A stretch of DNA of 64,000 bases from Sphingomonadales bacterium (GCA_027489365.1 JAIXZV010000321.1:1379-65378), one strand, 5' to 3'. Positions 49,320-60,074 are shown, numbered from the stretch's first letter. Numbers and translations: made by a program. The notes: generated by a model not told the origin, from the letters alone.

Positions 49320-49807
49320 TCTTTTCCCTTATCGGCAGCGAGCGAATCCTTGAGCACGCCGAGCAGCCGGTGGAGCTGGCCGCGGTCTTCGTGCCCCAGC
49401 CCCGCGAGCATCGCGTCGATCCATTCGTGATGCGCCTCGGCCAGCCCGATGAAGCATTCGCGCCCGCTCTGGCTCAGCCGCACGATCGAGGAACGGCCGT
49501 CGGTGGGCGACGGTGCGAGGCTGACATGGCGATCGCGCACCAGCGCCTGCACGACGCCGGTGACGTTGCCGTTCGAGACGAGCAGCGCCTGCGAGAGCTG
49601 TCCCATCGTCATCCCCTCGGGATGCCGGTCGAGCGCGGCCATCACGTCGAAGCGGGGCAGGGTCATGTCGTATTGGTCGGCAAAGCCGCGCTTGAGGCGC
49701 TTCTCGATCACGGTGGTGCAGGTGAGCAGCCGGAGCCACAGCCGCACGTTGGCGCGCTCATCGAACGCACCGTCATGCTTATCGCGCAGCGTGGCGGGGT
49801 GGGTCAC
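49316..49807 (-). CDS. MarR-family regulator of the aminobenzoyl-CoA operon
   Basis: [32 protein letters not shown]; GTG start overlaps the SDR stop. Confidence 0.9.
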   Translation of the reverse strand: MTHPATLRDKHDGAFDERANVRLWLRLLTCTTVIEKRLKRGFADQYDMTLPRFDVMAALDRHPEGMTMGQLSQALLVSNGNVTGVVQALVRDRHVSLAPSPTDGRSSIVRLSQSGRECFIGLAEAHHEWIDAMLAGLGHEDRGQLHRLLGVLKDSLAADKGKE

Positions 49808-50565
49808 ATCGCTTCTCCGCCGGCGATCTGGATCGCCTGGCCGGTGACCGATCGGCTGGCGGGCAGGCAGAGCCAGACCGCTGCCTCGGCCACTTCTTCG
49901 CAGGTGATCAGCCGCTTCTGGGGATTGTGGCGGGTGAGTTCGGCCAGTGCTTCGGTCTCGCTGCGGCCGGTGCGACTGGCAATCGTCTCGATTGCCGTGG
50001 CGACGATCTCCGTATCGGTGAAGCCGGGGCACAGCGCGTTGGCGGTGAGCGGCGTGGCGGCGAACTCGGCGGCGAGTGCGCGCATCAGTCCGATCGCGCC
50101 GTGTTTCGAGGCGACATAGGGCGCGGTGTAGCCATAGCCCTTCAATCCTGCAGTCGAGGCGACGGTGACGATGCGCCCGGCCGGTGCCGCGAGCAGGTCG
50201 GCCAGCGCCGCCTGGCAGCAATGGAACAGCGCGTCGAGATTGGTCGCCATCGTCGCGCGCCAGGCTTCGGCAGTGACCTTGGCGAAGGGCGCGCTTGGGG
50301 CGATCCCGGCATTGTTGATCAGGATGCCGATCGGACCGTGCGCGGCGCGGGCAGCGGCGAAGGCGGCGTCGATCGAGGTGCGGTCGGTCACGTCGGCAGG
50401 CATCGCGATCGCGCCAGGGATCGCTGCGGCTGCGGCCTCCAGCGCGTCGCGTCGGCGGCCGACCAGCGTCAGCCGCGCACCTTCCGCGGCGAGCGCCTGC
50501 GCGATGGCCGCGCCGATGCCCGATCCGCCGCCGGTGACGATCGCGTGGATGTTCTCCAGCCGCAT
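49804..50565 (-). CDS. Short-chain dehydrogenase/reductase
   Basis: TGGGSGIG, NNAG, YVASK. Confidence 0.92.
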   Translation of the reverse strand: MRLENIHAIVTGGGSGIGAAIAQALAAEGARLTLVGRRRDALEAAAAAIPGAIAMPADVTDRTSIDAAFAAARAAHGPIGILINNAGIAPSAPFAKVTAEAWRATMATNLDALFHCCQAALADLLAAPAGRIVTVASTAGLKGYGYTAPYVASKHGAIGLMRALAAEFAATPLTANALCPGFTDTEIVATAIETIASRTGRSETEALAELTRHNPQKRLITCEEVAEAAVWLCLPASRSVTGQAIQIAGGEAM

Positions 50566-50567
50566 GA

Positions 50568-52880
50568 TCAGCCCCGCAGCGCCGCGTCGGCTTCGGCGGC
50601 ACGCTGCAGGTTGCGCGCGAGCTGGCCCATGCCGCTCAGATATTGGGGCGGCACGCGGACACCGCGATAGCCATGCTGGGCGGCGGCGCGCAGCGTCCAC
50701 ATCGGATCGACCATGTGCGGCCGACCGATCGCGACCAGATCGGCGCGGCCGGCGGCGAGGATCGAATTCGCGTGGTCGGTCTCGTAGATATTGCCCACCG
50801 CCATGGTCGAGACGCGCGCCTCGTTGCGGATCTGGTCGGCAAAGGGCGTCTGGAACATGCGGCCATAGACCGGGCTGCCCGCGGCCCAGGTCTGGCCGGC
50901 CGAGACGTCGATCAGGTCGGCGCCCGCAGCGTCGAACGCGCGCGCGATCTCCACCGCCTCGTCCGGGGTGACGCCCTGGTCCCCCATCCAGTCGGTCGCC
51001 GAGATGCGGACCGACATCGGTCGATCGGCGGGCCAGACGGCGCGCATCGCCGCGAACACTTCGAGCGGATAGCGCAAGCGATTCTCCAGGCTGCCGCCAT
51101 AGTCATCGGTGCGCGTGTTCTGGAGCGGCGTGATGAAGCTGGAGAGCAGATATCCGTGCGCGGCGTGGAGCTCGATCATGTCGAACCCTGCGTCGACCGC
51201 CATGCGCGCGGCCGCGACGAACTGGTCGCGGACTTCGTCCATGTCCGCCCGCGTCATTGCGCGCGGAGTGGCATTTTCGGCGCTCCACGGGACGTTCGAG
51301 GCGGCGATGAGCGGCCAATTGCCCTCGGGCAAGGGCTGATCCATCCCCTCCCAGCCGATTCGGGTCGAGCCCTTGGCGCCCGAATGGCCAAGCTGCAGGC
51401 ACAGCTTCGCGCCGCTATTGGCATGGACGAAATCGGTGATCCGCCGCCACGCCGCGACATGCTCGGGCGCGTACATGCCGGGGCAACCAGGCGTGATCCG
51501 GCCAGAGGGGGAGACGCAGGTCATCTCGGTATAGACGAGGCCCGCACCGCCCTGCGCGCGGGCACCGTAATGGACCAGATGAAAGTCGTTGGGGGTGCCC
51601 TCGACCGCCGAATACATCGCCATGGGTGACACCACGATGCGGTTTTCGAGCGGCATGTCGCGCAAGGTATAAGGCGCGAACATCGGGGGAACCGGCGCGT
51701 TGCCGGTGGTGCCCGTGCCGCCCGGCGCCTGCGCCTGGAACCAGCGCTCGACCCCTTCCAGCCAGGCCGGATCGCGCAGTCGGAGATTTTCGTGGCTCAC
51801 GCGCTGCGATCGGGTGAGCAGCGAATAAGCGAACTGGAGCGGGGCGAAGGGCAGATAACGGTCCAGCGTTTCGAACCATTCGGTCGAGTTGCGCGCGCTG
51901 TTTTGGAGCTTTAGCACCTCGATGTTGCGCTCGGCTTGATATTCGGCCAGCGCCTGTTCGCGGCCGAGGCCGGGGCGGTTGAGCACTTCGGCGAGCTTGA
52001 TCGCATCCTCGAGCGCCAATTTGGTCCCCGAGCCGATCGAGAAATGCGCGGTGTGCGCGGCGTCGCCGAGCAGGACAAGCTTGTCATACGACCAGCGTCC
52101 GGTGACGATCCGGCGGAAGTTGAGCCAGGCCGCGGAGCCGCGCAGATGCCCGGCATTGGACATCAGCGCGTTGCCGTCGAGATGCTTGGCGAAGACCTGC
52201 TCGCTCCACGCGATCGCCTCGTCCTGGCCCTTGTGGTCGAGGCCGAGCTTTTCCCATGTCTCGGGTGCCATCTCGACGATGAAGGTCGAAAGGTGGTCGT
52301 CGAAGCGATAGGCGTGCGCCCACACCCAGCCCTCGGGCAGTTGCTCGAAGGCGAAGGTGAAGGCGTCGAACGTCTTGTGCGTGCCGAGCCAGATATATTT
52401 GTTGCGGCGTGGCTGGATGTCGATGTCGAAATGCTCGGCATAGCGATCGCGGATGCGGCTGTTGGCGCCGTCGGCGACAATGACCAGATCATAGTCCGCC
52501 CAGTCGGCGAGGTCGGTGCTCGCCTCATGCTCGAAATGGAGCTGTACGCCGAGATCGCGGGCGCGCTGCTGGAGGATCGCCAGCATCCGCTTGCGGCCGA
52601 TACCGATGAAGCCGTGCCCCGACGACCTGATGCACTCGCCGTGGATATGAACGGCGATATCGTCCCAATGCGTGAACTCGCCGCGGATCGTCGCGCCGCT
52701 GACCGGGTCGTTCGCCATCAGATTTTCGACCGTCTGGTCCGAGAAGACCACGCCCCAGCCGAACGTGTCGTCGGCGCGGTTGCGTTCGAAGACGTGGATG
52801 TCGTGGCCGCTGTCGCGGACCTTCATCGAGATGGCGAAATAGAGCCCAGCGGGTCCGCCGCCTACGCACGCGATCTTCAT
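50568..52880 (-). CDS. abmA: Bifunctional 2-aminobenzoyl-CoA monooxygenase/reductase (salicylyl-CoA 5-hydroxylase family)
   Basis: N-terminal FAD monooxygenase ([33 protein letters not shown]) fused to an OYE domain ([23 protein letters not shown]). Confidence 0.92.
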   Translation of the reverse strand: MKIACVGGGPAGLYFAISMKVRDSGHDIHVFERNRADDTFGWGVVFSDQTVENLMANDPVSGATIRGEFTHWDDIAVHIHGECIRSSGHGFIGIGRKRMLAILQQRARDLGVQLHFEHEASTDLADWADYDLVIVADGANSRIRDRYAEHFDIDIQPRRNKYIWLGTHKTFDAFTFAFEQLPEGWVWAHAYRFDDHLSTFIVEMAPETWEKLGLDHKGQDEAIAWSEQVFAKHLDGNALMSNAGHLRGSAAWLNFRRIVTGRWSYDKLVLLGDAAHTAHFSIGSGTKLALEDAIKLAEVLNRPGLGREQALAEYQAERNIEVLKLQNSARNSTEWFETLDRYLPFAPLQFAYSLLTRSQRVSHENLRLRDPAWLEGVERWFQAQAPGGTGTTGNAPVPPMFAPYTLRDMPLENRIVVSPMAMYSAVEGTPNDFHLVHYGARAQGGAGLVYTEMTCVSPSGRITPGCPGMYAPEHVAAWRRITDFVHANSGAKLCLQLGHSGAKGSTRIGWEGMDQPLPEGNWPLIAASNVPWSAENATPRAMTRADMDEVRDQFVAAARMAVDAGFDMIELHAAHGYLLSSFITPLQNTRTDDYGGSLENRLRYPLEVFAAMRAVWPADRPMSVRISATDWMGDQGVTPDEAVEIARAFDAAGADLIDVSAGQTWAAGSPVYGRMFQTPFADQIRNEARVSTMAVGNIYETDHANSILAAGRADLVAIGRPHMVDPMWTLRAAAQHGYRGVRVPPQYLSGMGQLARNLQRAAEADAALRG

Positions 52881-52940
52881 CGGCCAAACTCCATCGCTGC
52901 GACTCCAGTCCGTCCCAACCTACCGAGCGGCTGTAATTCC

Positions 52941-52966
52941 TTCAAGTATGAAACTTCAAGTTCGAA
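52941..52966. promoter_or_regulatory. Tandem imperfect palindromes upstream of abmA (candidate MarR operator)
   Basis: ttcaagtatgaa (52941-52952) and ttcaagttcgaa (52955-52966), 14-bp period. Confidence 0.55.
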
Positions 52967-53022
52967 ATACCCTTTATCACGCAATTATTCACGGGTATCA
53001 GGGTCTCAGAAGGGGTGACGAT

Positions 53023-54192
53023 ATGAAATGGCCAGCACAGCGCCTGACAGGCGGATCGAAGAAGAGCTTCGGCATGTATGAGGAGGCCGCGAAGCTCGAC
53101 GCGGCGGGGGTGGACTTGATCCATCTCGAGTTCGGCCGGCCGCATTCGGACACGCCCGTCCACATCAAGGAGGCGGCCAAGGCCGCACTCGATGCGGGGA
53201 TCGTTCACTATGGCGATTTTCGCGGTACGCTGTCGTTCCGGCAAGTGCTGGTCGAGAAGCTCGCCGCGTTCAACGCGCTCGATTACGGCGTGGACGAGGT
53301 GCTGGTGTGTAACGGGCTGACCCATGCCTCGTTCGCCGCCTTCATGGCCGCCATCGATCCAGGCGACGAAGTGATCCTGCTCGATCCCTATTACCCCCAG
53401 CACGTCGGCAAGACCGAGCTGGCGGGCGGCAAGGTGGTGATCGCCGAGCTCGACAAGGCGAACGACTTCGCCATCTCGAAGGAGAAGATCGCGGCCAAGA
53501 TCACCGACCGCACGCGGATGATCGTGCTGGTCAACCCGGCCAATCCCACCGGCCGCGTCTATTCACGCGCGGAACTCCAGCACGTCGCCGATCTGGCGAT
53601 CGCGCATGACCTGTTGGTGCTGTCGGACGAGGTTTACGAGTACATCACCTATGACAAAGCCGAGCATGTCAGCATCGCGAGCCTGCCCGGGATGCGCGAG
53701 CGGACGATCACCTGCTTCGCTTTCACCAAAGCCTATTCGATGGACGGCTGGCGGATCGGCTATCTGACCGCCGATGCGCGGCTGATGCCTGCCATCCTGC
53801 GCATCACCATGACCGACGTGACGCATGTCAACGTCTTCATCCAGGAAGGCGCACGCGCCGCGGTGGAAGGGCCACAGGATGCGATGCTGGCGATGGTCGA
53901 GGCCGATCGCCGTAAGCGCGACATCGTCGTGCAGGCGATGAACCAGATGCCGGGTGTCACCTGCGCTGCGCCGCAAGCGACGATCTATGCCTTTCCGGAC
54001 ATTCGCGGCACCGGCCGCTCCTCGCAGGACCTCGCCACCGCGATCCTCCACGAAGCGCATGTCGTGGTCGAATCGGGCGATTTCTACGGTCCGGGCGGAG
54101 AGGGGCATCTGCGCGTCTGCTTCGGATCGGAATCGGAAGCGCGCGTGACCGAGGCGATGGAACGGCTGGGGCGGTTCTTCAACGCGCTGTGA
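53023..54192 (+). CDS. PLP-dependent aminotransferase class I/II
   Basis: NPANPTG, SDEVYE, FTKAYSMDGWRIGY. Confidence 0.93.
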   Translation: MKWPAQRLTGGSKKSFGMYEEAAKLDAAGVDLIHLEFGRPHSDTPVHIKEAAKAALDAGIVHYGDFRGTLSFRQVLVEKLAAFNALDYGVDEVLVCNGLTHASFAAFMAAIDPGDEVILLDPYYPQHVGKTELAGGKVVIAELDKANDFAISKEKIAAKITDRTRMIVLVNPANPTGRVYSRAELQHVADLAIAHDLLVLSDEVYEYITYDKAEHVSIASLPGMRERTITCFAFTKAYSMDGWRIGYLTADARLMPAILRITMTDVTHVNVFIQEGARAAVEGPQDAMLAMVEADRRKRDIVVQAMNQMPGVTCAAPQATIYAFPDIRGTGRSSQDLATAILHEAHVVVESGDFYGPGGEGHLRVCFGSESEARVTEAMERLGRFFNAL

Positions 54193-54229
54193 GCGCGCAT
54201 CTGGGCACGGGTTTCGGGGAGCGATTGCG

Positions 54230-55885
54230 ATGAAGAAGCATCTGGGAATAGCCGCCGTCCTGCTGGCCGTGGCGGCGCTTCCGAGCCCGCTCGTGCCGCC
54301 AGCCAGCGCGCAGGCGGTGGCGCCCGCGGCGCAGGGCTATGACGCGCTGGTCGCGCTCTACGCCGACTTCCGTGCGCTGGTGCCGCCGCCGATGGTGAAG
54401 GGCGTGCCCGATTATGCACCGGCGGCGATGGCGCGCCACTACGCCGAGCTTCAGCGCCTGCAGGCGCGGCTGGCGGCGATAGATGACAGTGCGTGGCCGA
54501 TCCCGCAGCGCGTCGATTACAGGATCGTGCTCGCCGAGATGCGTGGCCTCGAATTCCAGCACCGCGTGATGCAGCCGTGGAAGCGCGACCCGGGGTTTTA
54601 CAGCACCACCAATCTTGGTTTCGGGCCGAAGATGCATGGCGCCATCGCCATCCCCAAACTGCCGATCGCCAAGGACAAGGCCGCGACGCTGGCGGCGCAA
54701 CTGGACGCCGTGCCCGAGGCGCTGCGCCAGGCGCGCGTAAACCTGACCGACGCCCGCGGCGATCTTGCGCGCCTTGCCATCGTGCAGAAGCAGGTCGAGG
54801 TGAACGTCTATGGCGCGCTCGCGGCGGAAGCGGCGAAGCTCCAGCCGGCGCTGGTCGCTCCTGCAAAGCGCGCCCAGGCCGCAGCGGCCGACTTCAAGGC
54901 CTGGCTCGAGCGCGTCGAGGGCACGCTTCCCGCGCATGGCGGCGTGGGCGCGGAGAATTACGCCTGGTACCTCAAGCATGTGCTCTTGCTCCCCTACACG
55001 CCGGAGGAAGTCCGGGTGATCGGCGAGCGCGAATATCAGCGCCAGCTCGCTTTCCTGAAGATCGAGGAACATCGCAACCGCGCGATCCCGATGCCCGAGC
55101 CGGTGAAAACCCGCGCCGAATTCGACGCCAAGCGCGCGGTGGAGGATGCCGATCTGCTCAACTTCCTGCGCGACGGCGACTGGATGACGATCCCGGATTA
55201 TCTGAAGCACGATCCGGCGGAGGGGCCGTATCTATTCCCGTTCGAGAAAGACCCGTCCAAACCGGGCCTGTTCGATCCGCCGCTCAACCTGCACTTCTTC
55301 TTTCAGGCCGAGTTTCGCGACGGGCGGCCGCTGCGGGCACACAATCTGCCCGGCCATGCCTTTGACGCGCTGCAGGCCGCGCGCGACACCAGGCCGGTGC
55401 GCGGGCAGCAGCGCCTGTTCTTCGTCAATGGCCTGCGCAATGAAGGCTGGGCGTTTTACCTTGAGGAGTTCCTGATCCAGTCGGGGATGCTGGAGGATCG
55501 GCCAAAGGCGCGCGAGATCGATTACATCCTGGGCGCCAAACGCGCCGCGCGTATCCTGCCTGAGCTCAAGATGCAGGCAAACGAATGGACCTGGCAGCAG
55601 GCCAATGCCTCACTTGTCTCGCGTACGCCCAAATGGATGAAGTCCGGCGACGCCGTCGCGCAGTTCGACATCGAGCTGTACCTGCGCCAGCCCGGCTATG
55701 GCATCGGCTATTATATGGGCAAGGTCGAGCTGGAGAAGCTGCTGGCGGATGTGGCGATGCAGGAGGGCGACGCGTTCGACATCAAGGCGTTCCACGATCG
55801 CTTCCGGGCCGCCGGTTCGATCCCGATCTCGCTGATCCGCTGGGAAATGACGGGCAAAGACGACGAAGTCCGCACGATGCGCTGA
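54230..55885 (+). CDS. Secreted DUF885-family protein (copy 4, degenerate metal motif)
   Basis: Signal peptide; AHNLPGH, NEGWAFYLEE, PGYGIGYYMG, FDIKAFHD; visibly similar to copy 1. Confidence 0.8.
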   Translation: MKKHLGIAAVLLAVAALPSPLVPPASAQAVAPAAQGYDALVALYADFRALVPPPMVKGVPDYAPAAMARHYAELQRLQARLAAIDDSAWPIPQRVDYRIVLAEMRGLEFQHRVMQPWKRDPGFYSTTNLGFGPKMHGAIAIPKLPIAKDKAATLAAQLDAVPEALRQARVNLTDARGDLARLAIVQKQVEVNVYGALAAEAAKLQPALVAPAKRAQAAAADFKAWLERVEGTLPAHGGVGAENYAWYLKHVLLLPYTPEEVRVIGEREYQRQLAFLKIEEHRNRAIPMPEPVKTRAEFDAKRAVEDADLLNFLRDGDWMTIPDYLKHDPAEGPYLFPFEKDPSKPGLFDPPLNLHFFFQAEFRDGRPLRAHNLPGHAFDALQAARDTRPVRGQQRLFFVNGLRNEGWAFYLEEFLIQSGMLEDRPKAREIDYILGAKRAARILPELKMQANEWTWQQANASLVSRTPKWMKSGDAVAQFDIELYLRQPGYGIGYYMGKVELEKLLADVAMQEGDAFDIKAFHDRFRAAGSIPISLIRWEMTGKDDEVRTMR

Positions 55886-56690
55886 AACACGCGGCGCGCC
55901 GCACATTCGCGACGCAACGCCTCAAGTCTCTGTGGATTGCCTGTGCTTACAGGACCCACATCTGGCGCGATAAGGCGCAGAAAAGCATGGGTTCCAGCGC
56001 GGTAGGAAATCCATGGTTCTTGGTGGGCCACCAAAAATCTGGCCCGAAACACGGAAACCAATCCTCGCCCCTTGAACCTTTTCGGTACTTTTCGGGTATG
56101 ATTTGCAGCACGTTTTCGGCACACTTCCCCCACAGATTGGGCGCGATTTCGCGGGGGGGAATTGAGACTTCTGAATAAGGCTCTGATATTGCAGTGTTAA
56201 ATTTCAGATCAGGGCATCTTGCCCGTCGTTTTGCTACCAGATAATTTGCGATTTTCTGTTCCGACCTGAAACTATTTCCGACCGCTGCCACTCGAATCTG
56301 TCATTCGACGGCCAAGAATTGACACCCAAACGGCACCGTCTGTCGAAAGCACGTGAATCGACAGCGGGTGGAAACCAGCCTGTCTGGTTTGTAACGGCAG
56401 CTGGCCGTAACCGGGCCTTCGTTCAGACGCTGCTGGTTCGGCGGAAATTCGCCTCAAAGACAGTCATTCGGGATCGTCGTGCCCATTTTCCAAGAGCGGA
56501 CAGACGTTCGGTTTGAGGAGCAACGATCAGTTGGATCCCCACTTCTCAGATGTTGATCGAGAGATATCACCGGTATCTGGAGCCGCACTGCATAGCCGCT
56601 TGAAGCCTCGGCTAGACTGTACCTCACCTCAAGCGTGTTGGCTCATACAGATAGCCTCGTGACCGAGACCGGCACATCTGAAGCGGCCGC

Positions 56691-59036
56691 TTAGCCGAAG
56701 TCGCGTGGCCTCAGTCTGTGCGTACGACTGGCGACGAGCGCAATTTCACGTGCCTTCTCTCCAAGTCGGATGATCCGTGTGCCATCTCGCTCAGGACGTA
56801 GCACCGCTTCCTTGAGGCGCCCGCCCGCCCAGCGGAGGTCCAATCCGCAGGCGCCCCTTAGACGCAGCCCGGTGACGCTTCCCCTCGGCCATGCCTTCGG
56901 GAGCGCGGGAAGCAGTTCGATCACGTCGTCATGACTGTGCACCAGCATCTCTATGATGCCCGCCGCGCCCCCGAAATTGCCATCGATCTGAAACGGCGGA
57001 TGGGCATCGAACATGTTGGGATAGGTGCGCTCGGGACCGAGCAGAAACGCAAGAATTGCATGGGCGCGGTCGCCGTCGCGTAAGCGCGCCCAACAGTTGA
57101 TCCGCCAGGCAGTGGCCCAGCCGGTCGCCTGGTCTCCTCGCCTGTCCAGACTCCGTCTGGCAGCTGCTGCGAGTTTCGGGGTGTCGCGCACGCTGATCTG
57201 GTTGGAGGGGTAAAGGCCGTAGAGATGGCTGATATGCCGATGATCCTGCTCGGGCGCGTCGGCGTCCCAGTCCGCCTGCCATTCCTGCAGCTGGCCCTGC
57301 CGCCCGACCTTGTACGGGGCGAGCCGTTCGCGCGCTGAACGCATCTCGGCCACCATCGCCGGATCGGTACCCAGCAAGCTGGCAGCGGCGATGGTCTGAT
57401 CGAACAAGTCGCCCAGGATGGCCATATCCATCGTCGGTCCGGCGCACAGTGCACCGCCGTGGCCATGCTCGTTTTCCGGACTGATCGACGGGTTGGTGAC
57501 GAGCGCACCGCTCACCGGGTCGGTCTGTAAGGTATCGAGGAAGAAGCGCGCCGCGCCCGCCATGACCGGGTAGACCGAGCGGAGGTACTCCAAGTCTCGG
57601 GTGTAGTCGTAATGCTCCCACAGATGCGTGCACAGCCACGCGCCGCCGGTGGGCCACATTCCCCATTTCGCGCCGTCGATGGGTGCGGTGGCCCGCCACA
57701 GATCGGTGTTGTGGTGGCACACCCAGCCGCGTGCGCCGTACATCTCCCGCGCTGTGCGCGCGCCGGTCTCCGCCAGTTCGCGCACGGCGCGGACCAGGGG
57801 TTCGACACATTCTTTCAGGTTGGCGGCCTGTGCGGGCCAATAGTTCATCTCGGTATTGATGTTGACCGTGTATTTCGAGCCCCAAGGCGGGGACATGCTG
57901 TCGTTCCACAGGCCCTGCAACGTCGCGGGCTGGCCGCCCGGCTGCGAGCAAGAGATTAGCAGGTACCGCGCATAGTGGAAATACAGCGCGGCAAGCGCGG
58001 GATCGTCGTTCATCTGCGACTTGCGGATTCGTTCGTCCGTGGGCAGCGCTGCGGCGGCCGAACTGCCGAGATCAATCGCGACGCGGCGGAACAGCGCGCG
58101 ATGAGCGGCTTTGGCGTCGGCTGCGATCGCCGCGAAGGTGCGGCGCCGTGCGCGGGCAATCGTAGCGGCGGTGAGGCCGACGGGATCGCCGGAGACGTCG
58201 TCGAAGCGGCGGTAGCTCGTCGCCATCGCGATCACCAGCGTCACCGCACCCGCATCGCGCACGGCCAGTCGCCCGCCGGGAAGCTGTTCGATCCGGCCGC
58301 CTTCGGTCCGCACCTGCACGCGCGCGGCGAAGGTCAAGGCGCCGTCCAGGCCGGCCGACGCCCCGTTGCGCCCGGTCATCAGCAGCGCATCGCCGCCCTC
58401 GGCGCGCACCGCAGTTTCGGGCTGCGGCGAAGACAGCCCGATGTCGACATTAACGCCGCAACTGCTACCGGCCGTCAGACATACCGCGATCACTTGGTCG
58501 CCCGGCGCAGCGATCACCTCCCGCCTGTGCTCCACGCCGTCGATCGTGAAACGCGTGGTCGCGGTTGCCGAATCCAAGTCCAGCGCGCGACGGTAGCCCG
58601 TCGGTTGCGCCACGAGGCCCGGATAGTCGAGCGTCAGGTCTCCCAGCGTCTGATAGGGCATTTGCGTCCCCGGCGTGCCGATCAGCGCCGTGTCTGCCAG
58701 CGCCTGCGCTTCCTTGATCCGTCCGGCGAAAACCAGTTCGCGCACGCGGGACACGCTCGCGCGCGCCTTCGCATTGACGGGATCATAAGGCTGGCCGGCC
58801 CATAATGTGGCTTCGTTGAGCTGGAGCCGCTCCTGTGCCACCCCGCCGAACACCATGGCGGCGAGCCGACCGTTGCCGATCGGAAGCGCCTCCGTCCAGC
58901 TTCTTGCCGGGTTACGATACCAAAACTCCGGCTTTGGCAGCGCAGTCGCGCTCAGCGCCTCGCCCGGTGCAAGCGCGGCGCCGACGGCACCCGCTGCAAG
59001 TGCGCCGATCGCCTCGCGCCGGGTAGCCTCGATCAT
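56691..59036 (-). CDS. Glycoside hydrolase family 95 (alpha-L-fucosidase/galactosidase) with Tat signal
   Basis: TRRE Tat motif; EALPIGNGRL, LQGLWN, YTVNINTEMNYW, HRHISHLYGL, HPPFQIDGNFG. Confidence 0.93.
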   Translation of the reverse strand: MIEATRREAIGALAAGAVGAALAPGEALSATALPKPEFWYRNPARSWTEALPIGNGRLAAMVFGGVAQERLQLNEATLWAGQPYDPVNAKARASVSRVRELVFAGRIKEAQALADTALIGTPGTQMPYQTLGDLTLDYPGLVAQPTGYRRALDLDSATATTRFTIDGVEHRREVIAAPGDQVIAVCLTAGSSCGVNVDIGLSSPQPETAVRAEGGDALLMTGRNGASAGLDGALTFAARVQVRTEGGRIEQLPGGRLAVRDAGAVTLVIAMATSYRRFDDVSGDPVGLTAATIARARRRTFAAIAADAKAAHRALFRRVAIDLGSSAAAALPTDERIRKSQMNDDPALAALYFHYARYLLISCSQPGGQPATLQGLWNDSMSPPWGSKYTVNINTEMNYWPAQAANLKECVEPLVRAVRELAETGARTAREMYGARGWVCHHNTDLWRATAPIDGAKWGMWPTGGAWLCTHLWEHYDYTRDLEYLRSVYPVMAGAARFFLDTLQTDPVSGALVTNPSISPENEHGHGGALCAGPTMDMAILGDLFDQTIAAASLLGTDPAMVAEMRSARERLAPYKVGRQGQLQEWQADWDADAPEQDHRHISHLYGLYPSNQISVRDTPKLAAAARRSLDRRGDQATGWATAWRINCWARLRDGDRAHAILAFLLGPERTYPNMFDAHPPFQIDGNFGGAAGIIEMLVHSHDDVIELLPALPKAWPRGSVTGLRLRGACGLDLRWAGGRLKEAVLRPERDGTRIIRLGEKAREIALVASRTHRLRPRDFG

Positions 59037-59280
59037 CGCGCCACGCCACCCGGCAGGGCGGTGAGCGTGAAGCTGTCGACGTAGAGATACCCTGCGCTCG
59101 CCCGCGGGTTGTAGCAGTAAAGGGCGAGCTGCACGCTTTGGCATGTGTCGGTCTGCCAGTCGAAGGCCAGCGGAAAGGTTCCCTCGACCTCCTGCCAACG
59201 GCGGCCGCCCACGCTGTAGGCCACGCGTCCGATACCTTCCACGAAGGTTTGGTAAGCAAGACCGGCGGAAGCACGATCTT
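59033..59280 (-). pseudogene. C-terminal remnant of a glycoside hydrolase (GH43-like beta-sandwich domain)
   Basis: VAYSVGGRRW...FPLAFDWQTDTCQSVQLALYCYNP...GYLYVDSF; its stop overlaps the GH95 ATG; no catalytic domain upstream. Confidence 0.55.
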
Positions 59281-59499
59281 GGTATCTTAACCCCTTCCGT
59301 GCCGTCCGTTCCCCCGATCCCGATGATGATTTTTCCATGTGGGCACCCTAGAGGTACTTTTGTGGAATTTGTAGTCGGACCACGGTCGTATTCGCGCGCG
59401 ACACCTGACAAAGGTAGCTGCCGAAGCAAAACCGGATCACCGTTCGTCCGCTAACGAATGTCGGCTCCGAGGACAGTCCGAGCGCTTGTCGTGCGCGAG

Positions 59500-59652
59500 G
59501 AGCGCATGCCGTTCCAGTTCGAGCAGGAACGCGATTGCGTCGGCTATTTTTCTTCCCGCATCATGCGCGACCGCGTGTTTCGCCGGATCGTCCTTCGCGC
59601 CTATCAAGAGCGCTGCGCCGTCACTGGCCTCAAGCAGATTAATGGCGGCTGA
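59500..59652 (+). pseudogene. Fragment of an HNH restriction-endonuclease-like gene
   Basis: PFQFEQER...RDRVFRRIVLRAYQERCAVTGLKQINGG* stops just before the expected HNH core. Confidence 0.6.
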
Positions 59653-59658
59653 CCCGCG

Positions 59659-59802
59659 TCAGCCTGCGCAGCGTTCGGCAATCTTGATCTGTTTGGGGAA
59701 GGCGCCCTGTTCCATCTTTCGGCAAAGTGTGGATCGGCTGAGGCCGGTTCGATCGAGCGCCGCATCGAGCCGGAGGATGCGATCGGGCGTTTCGGTCGAC
59801 AT
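59659..59802 (-). pseudogene. alpA: AlpA-family regulator / excisionase, inactivated
   Basis: Manual translation MSTETPDRILRLDAALDRTGLSRSTLCRKMEQGAFPKQIKIAERCAG*; TGA sits where the conserved Trp of GW is expected. Not in the ORF track. Confidence 0.8.
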
Positions 59803-60074
59803 GGGCGGTTCCTGTCAGCAGGTGTGTTGCATTGGCTCCCCAAGAGGAGCTGTGAGACAGGGATTTTGGCGGCGCAAGAGCGCGGGATTTGCGCTGTTTC
59901 GTCGAACGCCGCCGCCTTTGGCCGTTGAGCGCCGAACGGCACCGGCGCTGCGAAAAATAAACCTTGTGCGGTGCGTGAAGTGTGGCGTCCCGGCGCTTGC
60001 GCCGTCGTGCCCTATGCCGCGTGCGGCACCGGGCCGCCCGCGGCGTCTCGTCGACAGAGCCCGACGGCTGGCCA

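Noticed and set aside
55960-56690. Small ORFs in the AT-richer spacer
   Set aside because: No recognisable motifs or RBS; probably non-coding element debris.
59037-59429. N-terminal extension of the 912-aa GH95 ORF
   Set aside because: The Tat signal starts at 59036, coupled to the stop of the upstream remnant.
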